NCBI GenBank assembly: GCA_951406725.2
Contig: OX597836.1
Span: 47,368,001-47,432,000 of the forward strand
Source of the DNA: Octopus vulgaris
Taxonomy: Eukaryota
DNA: 64,000 nt
Direction: 5' to 3'
Shown piece by piece: positions 63,490 to 64,000 of the stretch (position 1 is its first letter; the number at the start of each line of letters is the position of its first letter). The translations under genes and the position numbers were made by a program. Below the pieces are notes generated by a model. The model made no database searches. It was not told where the DNA came from and saw only the letters and a program-made list of their open reading frames with translations.

Positions 63490-64000
63490 ATAAGGGTAGG
63501 AATTGATATTAATCAATTAAAACCAGTGGCCTAGCATATTTTTTAAAAAGTCCGAAGATTAAAATTTAGAGGTCTGACCACTAAAAGTAGACAGCCTATA
63601 TGCTAGATATAGATGTCAAAATCGTCATTTTCCACAAAGAATATGTTCTCAAGAAAAAATGTTCTCTAACCGGTAAATTGACTGCTGTAGTTTATTAACT
63701 GCAGAGTAATTTCCGATCTCAGCGAGCCAAAGTGAAGGGATTTGAAAGATACACATGAATATAATTTGTAGAACTTTATACATACTGGATTTCGGTTGGG
63801 TGTTCTGTATCTAGTTCTGGAAATTATGTTTTGTAAACAACAGACTATGCTGAGGATCTTGGAGATTTTTGCGTATCCATATACGTAAATATTAACAAGT
63901 GAAACTAATTAGTACATAGGTAATTGTTTTTCTTTTTCGTATATTTTCATTTGTCTTTCTTATTTTTACACTTTGGTTTTTTGCTGAAATTTTTTCTTGA
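63480..64000. mobile_element. (TA)n-anchored element with inverted copy, same family as 24325-24662; runs off the window end
   Basis: 63480-63655 is the reverse complement of ~24470-24662; 63860-64000 is a direct match to ~24340-24480. Confidence 0.65.

Overview
Repeat-dense animal genomic DNA; the SINE repertoire and (TA)n/(CA)n density suggest a coleoid cephalopod such as Octopus (inference). The only well-supported host gene is the 3' end of a TMCC-family gene on the minus strand (coding exons 60819-60908, 55244-55425, 51000-51126). The rest is mostly transposon-derived: a full-length Tx1/L1-clade LINE with intact ORF2 (1189-6629, 16-bp TSD) inserted in the tRNA-derived head of a SINE, a decayed second Tx1 copy, a Gypsy remnant with LTR, RTE, Penelope and RLE-type fragments, three abundant tRNA-derived SINE families (here A, B, C), several MITE families and a non-autonomous Helitron. 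Two systems stand out. (1) A Tx1 LINE and SINE-B share a 3' tail (26-nt identical block, terminal stem-loop, GAAATA end, no poly(A)) and a similar R-G-T-A target; SINE-B appears to re-insert at the same site and into itself. (2) Several families of short, often fold-back elements embedded in (TA)n carry minimal type I hammerhead ribozyme motifs with palindromic stem III, including recurrent core variants; these are probably Penelope-like pseudo-LTR derivatives. Repeat boundaries are read by eye and approximate unless a TSD is given.
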